From positions 28,458,001-28,522,000 of the forward strand of contig OY740796.1 of the NCBI GenBank assembly GCA_963514005.1: a stretch of DNA of 64,000 bases, read 5' to 3'. Under the pieces are notes generated by a model that was given only the letters and a program-made list of their open reading frames with translations, did no database searches and had not been told where the DNA came from. Position numbers and translations under genes: made by a program. Below, piece after piece: positions 12,540 to 25,600 of the stretch (position 1 is its first letter; each line of letters starts with the position of its first letter). This DNA comes from Raja brachyura (taxonomy: Eukaryota).

Positions 12540-13129
12540 CTGCAGATATAAAGGAAAAATTAGCACAAGAACAGAGAGGCTTTTTTTTTTTTTTTAAATG
12601 ATCAGCATCATGGAACTTATGCAATGCCACTTAATGGCCAGTGGAAAGATTTTCCAATTTTCTCTGTACCATTAAAGGTAAATTAAGCAATCCATCCGAA
12701 ACTTAAAGTTACTGACACCTAACCAGATGCTGCTTTTCGTTTCTTCGCATGTGCTTTCATATTTCTTCACAGCTTCATCATCTGCTTGTACTTAATTCTA
12801 TATGACCCCTGACCTCATCCAAACCAGACAGCTGTATATTCTTTAACAATGACACACTGGTGGTATTATGTATAAACGGAGCCGCTTCATTCTTTAAAGC
12901 GGATTGCACTGATTCTGTATCCATGAGGGCAGTGGAAGCTTAGTCACTGATGGAACAACTCAGATCAATTGATTTATGGACATTAAGGGAGAGTTCACAA
13001 ACAAAAATCGAGAATTCTGCCGAGCAGTGATTGTTCAAGAATAAGGACTATCAGATTAGATGCAGCTTCACCACGTAATTAACTAACAGAACAGTTGCTG
13101 CCTCTTTCTTCGATTGTGTTGGCACATAC

Positions 13130-13205
13130 CAGCGTATGATGAGGAGGACTGGTTCACTGCATTGTAGGAAGCGTGCTGAGCAGCCAACTGGTGAAGCTTC
13201 GACAA
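13130..13205 (-). CDS. PCBP4: PCBP4 coding exon 9 (LSKLHQLAAQHASYNAVNQSSSSYA-G)
   Basis: tag|TTG...GCTG|gtatgt, 76 bp, phase 1. LTKLHQLA-type motif. Confidence 0.9.
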
Positions 13206-14441
13206 CTACAAAACAGAATGAAAAAAGTTATCAACAAAAGTTCAGCAATCACAATGGACAGTGCTTGTCGCTCCTGATCTCAGGACTTAATCTTAAAATT
13301 CTGAAGCGTTTCCAATATCAACTTGGCATCTGCCCTCACAACAGAAAGTGGGCAACACCAGAGGTGAGAGAACACCAGTGGCTTCTCAGGGCCCAGATGA
13401 TACAGCATCTGGAGTAATGTTCATAGATCTAGACTCCCCCACAGGGAACAATATACTTGTGAAAGAGTGAAGTGTTTAATTATCTTATGTACCAACACGG
13501 GACAATTAAATTCCTACTTGGAGCAGTTTAACCGTAAAGGCAATACACGGATAAATATATAATAATAAAAAGAAATTCAATAAATTAATAACCGATTTGT
13601 CATATGAGACCATCTCTCAATTTTCTAAACTCTCCCTTTCCTCATTAGAGAAACTCTAATTACCCCTTCCCTCACCATTCCCAGGAATCATCTGACAATT
13701 CTTAGTCCACAGCCCACATTGTGTAATGTCCATTTCATTGCACCACCCATCCCTTCCTGCATTGCAAACAGCAGCTGGAGAAAAAGCAGGGATTTTTCAC
13801 AAGATGCAAGTAGCAGTTTGTGCTCAAGCTATTTACTCCTTAATTTGGGTGGCATGGTGCAAATTTCAGACAGCTCCAACCTCAAAGTTTGTCAATTCTT
13901 CCTGGCAGAAACTCTTGGGATGGCTAATTGTAAGTCCAGGTTGATTGAAGATCACTGCCCTGTCCTGAAGTACACCCACCCAAACATAACAATTCAGGAG
14001 CAAGAAACACAACAGGATTTTCTGTGTAGAGGCTCATGCTGCGACGACAATATTCAACAAGACAGTTCTTTTAAATTCTACCCTGGCCATTCCCTGAGTT
14101 TGGGTGAGATAGAAAGTATTAGCAGGCACAGAACAAGTTTCCCACTTAAGCATGGCTTAAAAAGCATTGTAGGCAACCGCAGTCACCAACTCGATCAAGA
14201 ACACTGTCCTCTTCCAGGGGAGGCTGGTCGTGGATAACCAATGCAAAATCTAACATGCGGGGAGTGGGAGTTAATCAAAGGTTCTCCCCCCCCCCCCCCC
14301 CAAATCTTCTACCCAGTGATTCAACATGAAACACAACCCAAGCAGCCATTTCCAGGCTGCCAGGGCTTAATTCCCAATACCAAATGACTTTTTAAAGCAG
14401 TGTTTTTGTTTACACGCTACAACTATTTGAATTTCACTTAC

Positions 14442-14483
14442 ATCTGGATGAGGGACTGCAAACTGTCCTTGGACGGTGTAGGC
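14442..14483 (-). CDS. PCBP4: PCBP4 coding exon 8 (AYTVQGQFAVPHPD)
   Basis: cag|GCC...GAT|gtaagt, 42 bp. Matches the PCBP linker AYTIQGQYAIPHPD. Confidence 0.92.
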
Positions 14484-16168
14484 CTGAAAGAAAATTTAAA
14501 GCATAAGACCATGTTTGAAGGTACATCTCACTAACAGAGCTACCAACAAGAACAAAGTCTATTGCCATACAATAGCACTACAGAAAGTTAAGTTAAACTG
14601 GTGGCAGTTTGGCTCCTCTTGTCTATCCCTGCCAGACAACCACATATACAACGATCACTTTTTCTCTCGGCTCATAGCATTGCTTAATTTACTCTTCAAG
14701 AGCTAAATGTTCTAAATATTTCTAGCCCCACTTTTATTTAAGAAGCACTAGACTTCTAAACCACATCTGCAAAAGCTTTTAACTTGAACTCTGAGCCACA
14801 GCTGATTCTGGTTCTTCAAAGGAGAATTATTCAGGGATGAAAGATATAGGACAGCAAATCAGCAACGACTCAGTGTTACCCCAGTCAAATATACTGGGTT
14901 CAAATCCCACTTTAGTGATAAAAAAAATACCAGGCTGACATTCCAGAGGGAATTTTTTAGATGAAATGTCTGCTCCCTCAGTTGGGTATAAGCCCTTGGC
15001 ACAACTTCAAAGGCTGGGAATATTCCCCTACAATAAACCGTGGCTACACTTTATTGCTTAATTCATTTAATGTGCTGCACAAGGCTTTGAGTTATCCTGA
15101 CCATTGGCAGTTCTTTATTCACAGTACGAAAATCTCTAACACCCAAGTGCCACTCTGTAATTAATATAATAGTTGATTATGTGGTTTGATTGCATTGACA
15201 AGAAGAAAGGTTTTCCTTCAGTTTCCCAACGTTAGTGTAAGTCGTCAACGGTAAAATACAAATCACTAGTAGCACATTTCCCTAGGATTCAGGTTAGGAG
15301 AATTAGCTCCGTGTTAAACCAAGGGGATTGAAGAACAGGAACGAATAATAGAATATTGTGGGACACACTACAGAGTAGGACTCTCCAATTTCTTGGTTTT
15401 TCAAGGAGAATTAGGTCAGTCATAAAATGGTGATCCAGTGTCAAACACTACACGATAGGACAGCAAAAGCACAAGGCCTGGTGGATAGCTTTATATTTAT
15501 AGAGGATCGAACATGCAATCAGAATAGAAACAGCAGCAGCTGCCACAAATCCCATTAACTAAATTGATCATTCATTCTAATTTGCCCTACTTCTCCACCT
15601 CGTATTTGTGTTCATATAAACCATGTCAAAAGTCCAGAGAAGGTTATATCAATAGAAAATTCATTAGCAGTACCATACAATGAGACTGAAGCATGTATTT
15701 CTAGTAATATTTCCATTCACCGCATACCAACTAAAAATATAAAGGACTCAAAAGCTGGCCTTATCCAGAGGGAAGAGTGTTGGGCCGTGGTACTCTGAAA
15801 CGCGATAAATCCCAAGAACATTCATAACCATACACATTTCCATTCATATATACATACAAATTGTCGGGAATAAGGTCGTCTTTGTCCTTAAGAGACTAAA
15901 ATAACAGAGGGATGTTAGCAAGATATTCCGTCCTTGGTGGAGGGCCTGCAATTGAGTTGGTGGTATGTGGAAAAAATAAATATGTCAGGTTGCAACCAAG
16001 CCTGACTGCAAATCACTTGACTTTGGTTCTAGGTGAATTCCAGTTCTAATAAATTGAAAATTGAAGTTTGAGATTTACCACAAGCAACAACCCAGGAAAC
16101 GTGTGTCCCACTGGTACACTAGCATGGTACTGCACTCGTATCCCCAAACTGCCCCAGCAGCCTGTAGT

Positions 16169-17698
16169 TAGAAACATTGAAAATAGGTGGAGTAGGCCAT
16201 TTGAGCCTGCACCGCCATTCAATATGATCATGGCTGATCATCCAACTCAGTATCCTGTACCTGCCTTCTCTCCATACCCCCTGATCCCTTTAGCCACAAG
16301 CTCCACATCTAACTCCCTCTTAAATATAGACAATGAAGTGGCCTCAACTACCTTCTGTGGCAGAGAATTCCAGAGATTCACCACTCTCGGTGTGAAAAAT
16401 GTTTTTCTCATCTCGGTCCTAAAAGATTTCCCCCTTATCCTTGAACTGTGACCCCTTGTTCTGGACTTCCCCAACATCGGGAACAATCTTCCTGCATCTA
16501 GCCTGTCCAACCCATTAAGAATTTTGTACGTTTCTATAAGATCCCTCCTCAATCTTCTAAATTCTAGCGAGTACAAGCCGAGTCTATCCAGTCTTTCTTC
16601 ATATGAAAGTCCCGACATCCCAGGAATCAGTCTGGTGAACCTTCGCTGTACTCCCTCTATGGCAAGAATGTCTTTCCTCAGATTTGGAGACCAAAACTGT
16701 ACGCAATACTCCAGGTGTGGTCTCACCAAGACCCTGTACAACTGCAGCAGAATCTCCTTGCTGCTGTACTCAAATCCTTTTGCTATGAATGCTAACATAC
16801 GATTCGCCTTCTTCACTGCCTGCTGCACTTGCATGCCTACTTTCAATGGCTGGTGTACCATGACACCCAGGTCTCGTTGCATCTCCCCTTTTCCTAATCG
16901 GCCACCATTCAGATAATAGTCTACTTTCCTGTTTTTGCCACCAAAGTGGATAACCTCACATTTATCCACATTATACTGCATCTGCCCACTCACCCAGCCT
17001 ATCCAAGTCACCTTGCAGCTTCCTAGCATCCTCCTCACATCTAACACTGCCCCCCAGCTTTGTGTCTGCCAGCCAGTTCCCCACTACCGGTGTTATAGAC
17101 TAACTGGTCTGTAATTCCTTGTTTTCTCTCTCCCTCCCTTTTTAAAAAGTGGGGTTATATTAGCTACCCTGCAATCCTCAGGAACTACTCCAGAATCTAA
17201 AAAGTTTTGAAAAATTATCACTAATGCATCCACTATTTCTAGGGCTACTTCCTTAAGTACGCTGGGATGTAGCCTATCTGGCCCTGGGGATTTATCGGCC
17301 TTTAATCCATTCAATTTATCTAACGCACCACTTCCCGGCTAACCTGGATTTCACTCAGTTCCTCCATCTCATTTGACCCCCGGTCCCCTGCTATTTCCGG
17401 CAGATTATTTTTCCTTAGTGAAGACAGAACCAAAGTAGTTATTCAATTGGTCTGCCATGTCCTTGTTCCCCATGATCAATTCACCCGTTTCTGACTGCAA
17501 GGGACCTACATTTGTTTTAACTAATCTTTTTCTCTTCACATATCTATAAAACCTTTTGCAGTCAGTTTTTATGTTCCCTGCCAATTTCCTTTCATAATCT
17601 ATTTTCCCTTTCCTAATTAAGCCTTTTGTCCTCCTCTGCTGGACTCGGAATTTCTCCCAGTCCTCTGGTAGACTACTTTTTCTGGCTAATTTGTATCC
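16169..17698 (-). mobile_element. HER1/CR1 LINE fragment in PCBP4 intron, lacking the RT core
   Basis: ORF 16247..17047 (KCEVIHFG...HLEYCVQFWSP...RGDL-like) and ORF 17093..17314 (KSPGPD.LHP...NYRPVSL); (tagaaaca)-type tail. Confidence 0.92.
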
Positions 17699-17948
17699 TT
17701 GTATAGGTGTGATGTATATCCCTCATGTCAATTCAGACCCACTATCATCCCCTACAACCCTGGGACATTCTCCAAGAGAGCCACCAAGGCTGCAAAGCCC
17801 CCCTGGAGCAATGACTGGACATTCAAAACGAAGGGCTAAATTCCCAAAGGGTTACTGTGTTGAACAGCTCACATGCTCTTTGACAAGAAACACGCGACAC
17901 TTACTGGCGTTAAGAATGTACAAATGGCTCACATTCAATCATGCTTAC

Positions 17949-18023
17949 CTGTCCACCAGAGAACACCACTGGTCCAGGTCCAAGGGTGGGACGGTAAGGA
18001 ATGGTGGCACCTTTTGGTGGAGA
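17949..18023 (-). CDS. PCBP4: PCBP4 coding exon 7 (SPPKGATIPYRPTLGPGPVVFSGGQ)
   Basis: tag|TCT...CAG|gtaagc, 75 bp. Conserved SPPKGATIPY. Confidence 0.93.
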
Positions 18024-19266
18024 CTACACAGAAGAAACATAATGGAGTATTACCATTAGAACATTAGAAATAGAAACACGCCATAAAGCCTCTATGATTT
18101 AACGCCACTATCTGTCTAATCCCCATATTATCAACTATCTTAGTATCCAGAAAGCTATCCGTTTTTTTGAATGTCTTAGCATCCACAATATTCCGAAACA
18201 CACATGACCAGTTTCAGAAAGGGAGGGGAATTGGTGAACTGCATCGCCGCACCAGTTGTGTTACATTGTATGATTCGAGCATGACTCCCTCCACATTGAC
18301 TTTGCGGTCAGGCATTTGATGGAGGGAAAAGGGGAGGAACTCTAAAGACAGCAAGGCTCGTCTCCCTCTGCTCCATTGAATGTAGAACAGTGCACTTAAG
18401 GAAGTGCCCCCTTTTATTCTCATTGCATCCTAACCTTACTCGTGCCTCAGTTCAATTCTCACCAAAATTATTTCTCATTTGGTCCAAGATATTAAGCAGA
18501 ATTCCACCCATAATGCTGAAATCAGGATTCATTGAAAAGTTCCAGACACCAATTCATTATCTCCCAGCCCTTAAAATCAATGCCATTCCGCTCCTCCTCT
18601 TCCAACAGATTTGTAAATGTCAAACTGAATATCATCACTACACTTATCTTAACTCTTTCCAGTTTTGTCATTCTGACAATGTGTTTGATGCCCTTTCAAC
18701 AGCTTTGGAGTTAAATACAGTGGCCTGTCATTTCCAATCAGCTTCAGTTATTATCCTCACGCATTCAAACTTGGTTTTCCAGAAAATTCCTCAATTCCAT
18801 TAAACACCAGATACTGTGCTTCTATATTCTCCAATCACAGAAATCTCACTCCCTACTCAGGGGCTAAAATATGTACTATACTCTAATCCCTTTCTGCTGC
18901 CCAAGAATACAGATCACTCCAGACAATTTCAAATCCTGATCTCATCAATGTCAAGGCTGGGAAATAGGCACCTGGACCGGAAAGTGTTCTGTGTCCGCAT
19001 CAAATTCTTATCATAGGTTAGAAAGAGGAATGTATTCTTTCCACGCTGCCGCATCAAACATTCCTAAGATTGAGTAGTAGACACAGAACTATATATCATT
19101 TCCTTCAGTGCTGCTTTTCCACAAACATTGTATCATCCACAAATGCTAGACACTCTGCTCCAGAATTTCAAAGTTCCCTAAGTGACCCTAGGGAGTCCTG
19201 AGTTGCCATTACTGATGACTGTTCTATGTTTTCATGTTTTCTGTTAATCATTTACCAGATAGTTCA

Positions 19267-19482
<216 letters not shown>

Positions 19483-20071
19483 TCAAGCCCTATCATGTAC
19501 AACATTTAGCTGGGAGAAAAACTTGGACCGCAGCTTGCTGGCTTCAGGAAAACCTGCTTTAATAAATTTCTCCATTTGGATTGTGAGATTAAACCATCAC
19601 TTCCACTGGTGATCTTAAATTATAAAGCAAAGACTGGAAATCTGAAATGAAATCTCATTGCTGTATATGTTCAATACATCAGGTAGTATCTGCGAATAGA
19701 AATTAATATTTTTTTGACAAAAGCTCTTGAAACATTAACTAGTTTCTCCACAGAAGCTGCTTGACTAACTGAATATCTCCTCTATTCTGTTTTTAATTTC
19801 ATGGTCCATATCAAACCTTCCCAGAATCACAATGCGTGAATCACACAGGATAAGACCATTCAACTAATTGTCCTTGCAGTGGCTCCATATAAAAGCTGAC
19901 CACCTCATTCTAATAATTCACCGTCCTATCAAAGTTACTGCTGATCAATCATTGTTCGCCAGATTATGTTACATTAAAAAAGTGTTCCATGTGGTCTCTG
20001 GCACCTGAAAAAAATGAACTCCTCCATTTACATCTCTTATTATATTGGTCAGATGTATTCCATTACACTGG

Positions 20072-20334
20072 ATGGCACAGTAGAGCTGCTGCCTCACAGT
20101 GCATCAGACTTGGTTCGATCCTGACCTCGGGTACTAGCTGTGTGGAGTTTGCAGATTCTCACTGTGATCACGTAGGTTTCCGCCAGGTGTTCGTTTCCTC
20201 CCATATTGTAAATTGCCCCTAGTGTGTAGGGAGTGGAAGAAAAAGTGGGACAACATAGAACTACTGTGAACGGGTGATCAATGGACTCAGTGAGCCGAAG
20301 GGCATGTTCCAATGCTGTATCTCTAAACTAAACT
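20072..20334 (+). mobile_element. HE1/V-SINE
   Basis: gtagagctgctgcctcacag, ggttcgatcctgacc, tgtaaattgcccctagtgtgtag, tail tatctctaaactaaac. Confidence 0.85.
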
Positions 20335-20559
20335 TAGCCTTTTCTTTCATTAAAGACAATTAGCAGTAATAAAACATCTCAAATACTCGATGTCTTGCTT
20401 TGAACCATAATTTCATACTGTGGAGAGCTCCCAATTTTTACCCTGATGCGCATGGAACAGGCATCATCCGGTGCAAAACAGGCTTAATTCACCCACCCAT
20501 TCCTCACCAACTCACAGGTAGCTTGTATACGTGATGACCAATTTTACCAAAGTGGGTCA

Positions 20560-20895
<336 letters not shown>

Positions 20896-22094
20896 CTAAT
20901 GTCAATAACAATAGATCTAAGCCGCTGAAAAAGGGAAAAGGGGTAGGGAGGTAGATGGAAAGGAGAACAACTTATACTATACATATATTAATATACATTC
21001 ACAATAAAATTACGCAGAAACAAACATAAACAAATCCAAATAATTTCAAATAATTATCAATCAATCATTTAAGAATGCTTGGGAGAAGAATAGGAAATTT
21101 AACGTTTAAAGAGACAATTCCAGAGAATACAAGCAAAGGAAAAGAAAGGCAGGAGTCAGAAGAGGGACACATAACACAAAAGATGAGACCATTAAATCTG
21201 AGACACTTGATGTTAAGGTTGAATTGAGGGATAATGGGGATAGGATTAGATCAGCATATGCTGTTTCCCTAGGGTAGATGTGCTAGGATTTAATAAACAT
21301 ATCTTTAATAACTCACCACTTCACTGAACTCGGTTGTTAAATGTCACTAAGGGGTACCTCAGCCATTACTGATGGATATGCCATGGAAGCAGCAAATCCT
21401 ACTGCCAGATCTTGGTCTCAGTTTAATGAAAAACAAACTGCACTTTACATCTAGCCTGCACTGTAATAACTTGAGAAACAATGACAAGCAATGAACTGGG
21501 TCCTTCATCCAGAACGTCACATATGTTACATTTAATTTGGAAATATGACAGAGCAGAATAATGAACTTATTCGAAGTGCTGTATCCCTACTGGTTACAAC
21601 CACACTCCATGATAATAGTAAATACACAATGCTCATTGCGTTTTTAACACTGCTGCTCTAATCTTTCAAGCAGAGTAAAACATCACTGGCATATTCAAAG
21701 CAGTATTGTCTCTAACAGGATTCTCCAGAGTAAAAGATAGGGAAACCAATGAGACAACTGAAGATATCTATACATTTGAGATGCAATATGCTTAGCTTTA
21801 ACCGTTCCTTCCCAGAAGACCACAAATAGGCTGTGGGCCGAGCATCGAAAATGTGCCTAGAATTTAACTTTCGTGACCCATGACTGGTATCTACTTGAAA
21901 TTTGGCAGAGATTTAGATAAAATATAATTGAGAAGGAATTCATAACTCATCAGTCAAAAGTTGGACACTAATTAATTAAGCTAATTAGAAAATTAGATCG
22001 AAAAAGTAAGCGCCATCTAGTGCTCAAAGCTCATATTACTCTATGTGGAGCCTAATTCCGTGCTGTGGTCTATTTAAACCATATATATATATTA

Positions 22095-22096
<2 letters not shown>

Positions 22097-22139
<43 letters not shown>

Positions 22140-22152
22140 TGAGAGTGTGTGT
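22097..22152. repeat. (GT)n/(GA)n microsatellite
   Basis: Direct reading. Confidence 0.95.
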
Positions 22153-22668
22153 GACTTGTGAATATGACTGGAGTTATATATAATTATATTATTAAAAAAT
22201 ATATACAATTAATATAATTGCGAGTGTATATGTTGAGTGAGACTGCCGCAGAGGTCCCGGGTTTCACCGGCTCCTGAACCCGCCTAATTAATGTGTGAGG
22301 GCAGATCCTGTGTGTTCCCCCGTTTACTGAACCCCACTGCCTGCCAGTGGGCAGAGTGGGGATCATGGCCATAGTGGGACTGGGGCAGTGCCAGGCTGGG
22401 GGAAGGTTAACGCATCTTACACTGAGAGGAAAATGCCTAACCCTAACTCGCCTCCCCTTCCAGAGCTGCTCACGGCTGGAGCTGGAGCCGCTTTGGGACC
22501 GGCTGCGGGCTCTGTACGTGTGGCCGCTTAGCGCATCCACCTCGGCTAGCATGCCCTTCTGGATCATCATGGTGATGATGGTGGGGAACAGCACTGACCT
22601 GCACGCCGCCTTCAGCATCCCCATAGCACCGGCTCCATCAGTATGCCTGCTCGCTCGCTGCAACATCG

Positions 22669-22846
22669 GCCAGCCGACAGCCCGACCGATCCCTCGCAGC
22701 ACCCACGCGCCTACCGACAGCCCGACCAACCCCTTGTAGCACCCAAGGGCCAGCTGACAGCCCTGACCTCTCACAGCACCCAACGGCGGGCCAACAGCCC
22801 GACAAACCCCTCGCAGCACCCACGGACCAGCCGACAGCCCGACCGA
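22669..22846. repeat. GC-rich ~40-bp minisatellite, about 4.5 units (ccagccgacagcccgaccgatccctcgcagcaccca...)
   Basis: Units start near 22669, 22710, 22750, 22790 and 22827, inside the TIR element. Confidence 0.85.
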
Positions 22847-23258
22847 TTGACTGACCCTAATCCTGGCATTACATTTTTATTTAACAGTTCACATCATAAT
22901 TTTACAACGATAAATCAATTGTAAAACAAAGTTATCAGCAAGGTTACATTACCTTTATTCTTTCGAAACGTTGCTTTTTAAAAATATAATTAGAAGGCAG
23001 CCATGTTCCCAGTGTGCTCGCTGCCTAGCTACCATGAAACAAAGCGCGTGATTGGTCAATTAACGTGCTTTGATTGGACAATTACTACTCCGAAAATTTG
23101 AGGTTTTTCTCATATTTTAAAAATATGTGCAGGTTTTGGTCTTGACGGGTTTCAGGTATGGTTTCTATAATATTTTTTACACAATATGTTATAAATACAG
23201 GTAGATATGTGATTTGGGTCATGAAATTAAACGAAAAAGCACCTCAGCCCACGGTCTA

Positions 23259-23408
<150 letters not shown>

Positions 23409-23861
23409 CTACAGAAAAGAAACAGAAAACACTCACCTAGCTAAATGCAGCAAGTCACGCAATATTTATGTACCCCATCATTGAACCCCAGTTAACCTTA
23501 GTTTGTATCCCAAATATTATTTATTCTAAAAAGAATCACCCCAAATATTTCAATTAGCTGTCTGTAAATTGAAGTTTTGAAGAGTTTAATTCAGGTAGCA
23601 AGAAACTAAGGTGTGAGATACTGAGCCATGTCCAACATATTACTGAATCAGATAACCATGACCATGCTCAGAACATCACCTTCAAAAGAACAAGTTGGTT
23701 AAGTCACTCATCCACTTTGAGGATGTACTCCATCATGATATGGTAGGCTAATGCAGGACCCATTTAGCAATCAAGTGATATAAACAACAGACTTGTATTC
23801 TACTGAGTTAACATCCGTGATCAGCGTGAACATTGAATGACAAAAGATCCCCATAACTCAC

Positions 23862-23894
23862 CTCCTCACGCATTCGCTTTATCGTGTCACCTTT
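23862..23894 (-). CDS. PCBP4: PCBP4 coding exon 3 (KGDTIKRMREE)
   Basis: cag|AAA...GAG|gtgagt, 33 bp, in frame. Confidence 0.95.
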
Positions 23895-24004
23895 CTGAAA
23901 AGTGAAACAGAGTGTGAAATTGCTGAAACAGCCTAACCAGTGGTGGCGCACGGGAACAAGAAACCAACCCGCGTGGGAAAAATACAAGTGTGCTGAGTAC
24001 TCAC

Positions 24005-24028
24005 CTTCCCAATGATGCTGCCAACTTC
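24005..24028 (-). CDS. PCBP4: PCBP4 coding exon 2 (EVGSIIGK), 24-bp microexon
   Basis: cag|GAAGTT...AAG|gtgagt. KH1 GxxG region, same microexon as other PCBP genes. Confidence 0.95.
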
Positions 24029-24595
24029 CTGTGAGGAGAAAGGAAGAACACAATTATCAACATGGGGAAACATCCAGATCCCAACTCTAGTTGTGCTATC
24101 TCACGCCTGTGATGCTACATGGTTATCAACATTGAATATCAATGAATATTAAGGGAAAGGTATATTATCCATCCATAGTTGCCCTCTTTGATCACTGATA
24201 ATAGTTTGTTATAATTGAACAGATAGTAAGCTGCTTTAGAGATCGGTTAAGTCAACCAAGTTAGTGTGGTGCTATGGCCAGACAGGGCATGCATGGTGAG
24301 TTTGTTTTCTTAAACCAGGTACATTTTCAATGATGCGAAGGAAATAGGCAACATTTCAGGTCGAAACCCACACACTGGGACTTGAATGAATGCATTATTG
24401 ACCCAGTAAGTTAACACGTTATCCACACACTATAATGCTTGGATAATTAATGGATGTGAAATTCAGAGTCCAATTCAGGCGTCTATCTGGTGATGAGGTG
24501 GAGTGGTCTAGCAATGCCACCCAAAGACTAGGTATAAATGGGTTGTAGGTTTCCTTTGGATTCATAATACATTTTGCAGCTCCTCAGTCACATAC

Positions 24596-24670
24596 CTTGC
24601 CATGCATGAGCAGTCGGAGGGTCAGTGTAACATGCAGTCCTCCATCAGAACAATAATCAGTCTGATCCAT
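24596..24670 (-). CDS. PCBP4: PCBP4 coding exon 1 (MDQTDYCSDGGLHVTLTLRLLMHGK), start of KH1
   Basis: Translation matches the PCBP N-terminus (LTLRLLMHGK). ATG 24670 is in strong Kozak context (acaATGg). Donor AAG|gtatg at 24595. In-frame upstream ATG at 24700. Confidence 0.9.
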
Positions 24671-24929
24671 TGTCGGCTGCAGCTCCAGGTCAGAGCACAT
24701 CAAACTGTCACTAAGCATGAAGAAAAAGTTTACAATCGAAAAATAAAAATAAAACTAAAATGATAGCACGCGCCACTAAAGAGACAGGAATGGAAATGAA
24801 TTAAAACGAAGGGCTCAGATAACCAACCCACAAATAAGCACTCTCAATAATTAAACCCTGACAAGAGATTACTTGGATCACAACGTCAAAGGTCAGCCCA
24901 GGACCACACCCATCAGCCTTCAAAAGAAT

Positions 24930-25600
24930 TTGCATAAAATGAGAAGAGGAATGAAATGTAAAGCCAGAGAGGGAGGGATATAGGTGGAAGGGAAAAGAGG
25001 GGGGTAAAAGGGAAATGAGGGACTGAGGGATGGGAGACGAATGCACAAAGGAAGGGAACGCAGCAGGATAACTGGGGGTTCGAGGATATGGGGGCGCATT
25101 GGGGTGGGGAGCATGGGAAAGAGAGGGATGTTAATTGGGTTATTAGTTGAAATTGGAGAATTCAATGTGCATACCGTTGGGTTGTAAGCTACCCAAGGTG
25201 GAATACGAGGTGCTGTTCCTCCGGTCTGCGTGTGGCCTCAGTCTGGCAATGAAGGACGCCAAGGACAGAAAGATCGGTATGAAAATGGGAGTTAAAATGG
25301 TTGCAACCAGGAGATCCCTCTGCCTTTACATTCCACTCCACTTCTCTCTTTATCTGGCACCCTTTTCACCTATAGCCTTTGTCACTTCACCATTTACCAA
25401 TCAAGAGATCCCTCACATATATCGACCGATCGATCACCTGCCAAGCTTTGTCCCACCTCCACCTCCCTTTTCGACCCCATTCTCCATCAGCCTGAAGAAG
25501 TGTCTTGACCTGAAACCGTGTCTGACCATCTCCTCTACAGATGCTGCCTGACCCGCTGAGTTCCTCCACCACCTTATGTTTAGCTCAAAATTCCAGCAGC
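24930..25600. mobile_element. Penelope remnant: GIY-YIG C-terminus (minus) plus inverted pLTR (plus)
   Basis: tcaatgtgcataccgttgggttgtaagctaccc...gaggtgctgttcctcc, then ctgaagaagtgtcttgacctgaaac...gatgctgcctgacccgctgagttcctcc. Confidence 0.8.

Larger units (their letters stand above)
21827..23258. mobile_element. Non-autonomous TAG-ended DNA transposon (Academ-like), 1.43 kb, in PCBP4 intron
   Basis: Imperfect ~70-bp TIRs (taggctgtgggccgag...tttaactttcgtgaccca...tatctacttg versus tagaccgtgggctgag...tttaatttcatgaccca...tatctacctg); 3-bp AAA on both flanks. Confidence 0.72.

Noticed and set aside
15880-15950. Possible cassette exon (tgcag|GCCCTCCACC..., GPP motif) equivalent to the PCBP2 LF-SINE exon
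   Set aside because: Weak polypyrimidine tract, an early stop in the GPP frame, and no real similarity beyond three residues.
22184-22924. 211-aa and neighbouring ORFs inside the TIR element as a possible transposase
   Set aside because: They derive from the GC-rich minisatellite; no DDE or other transposase motifs.
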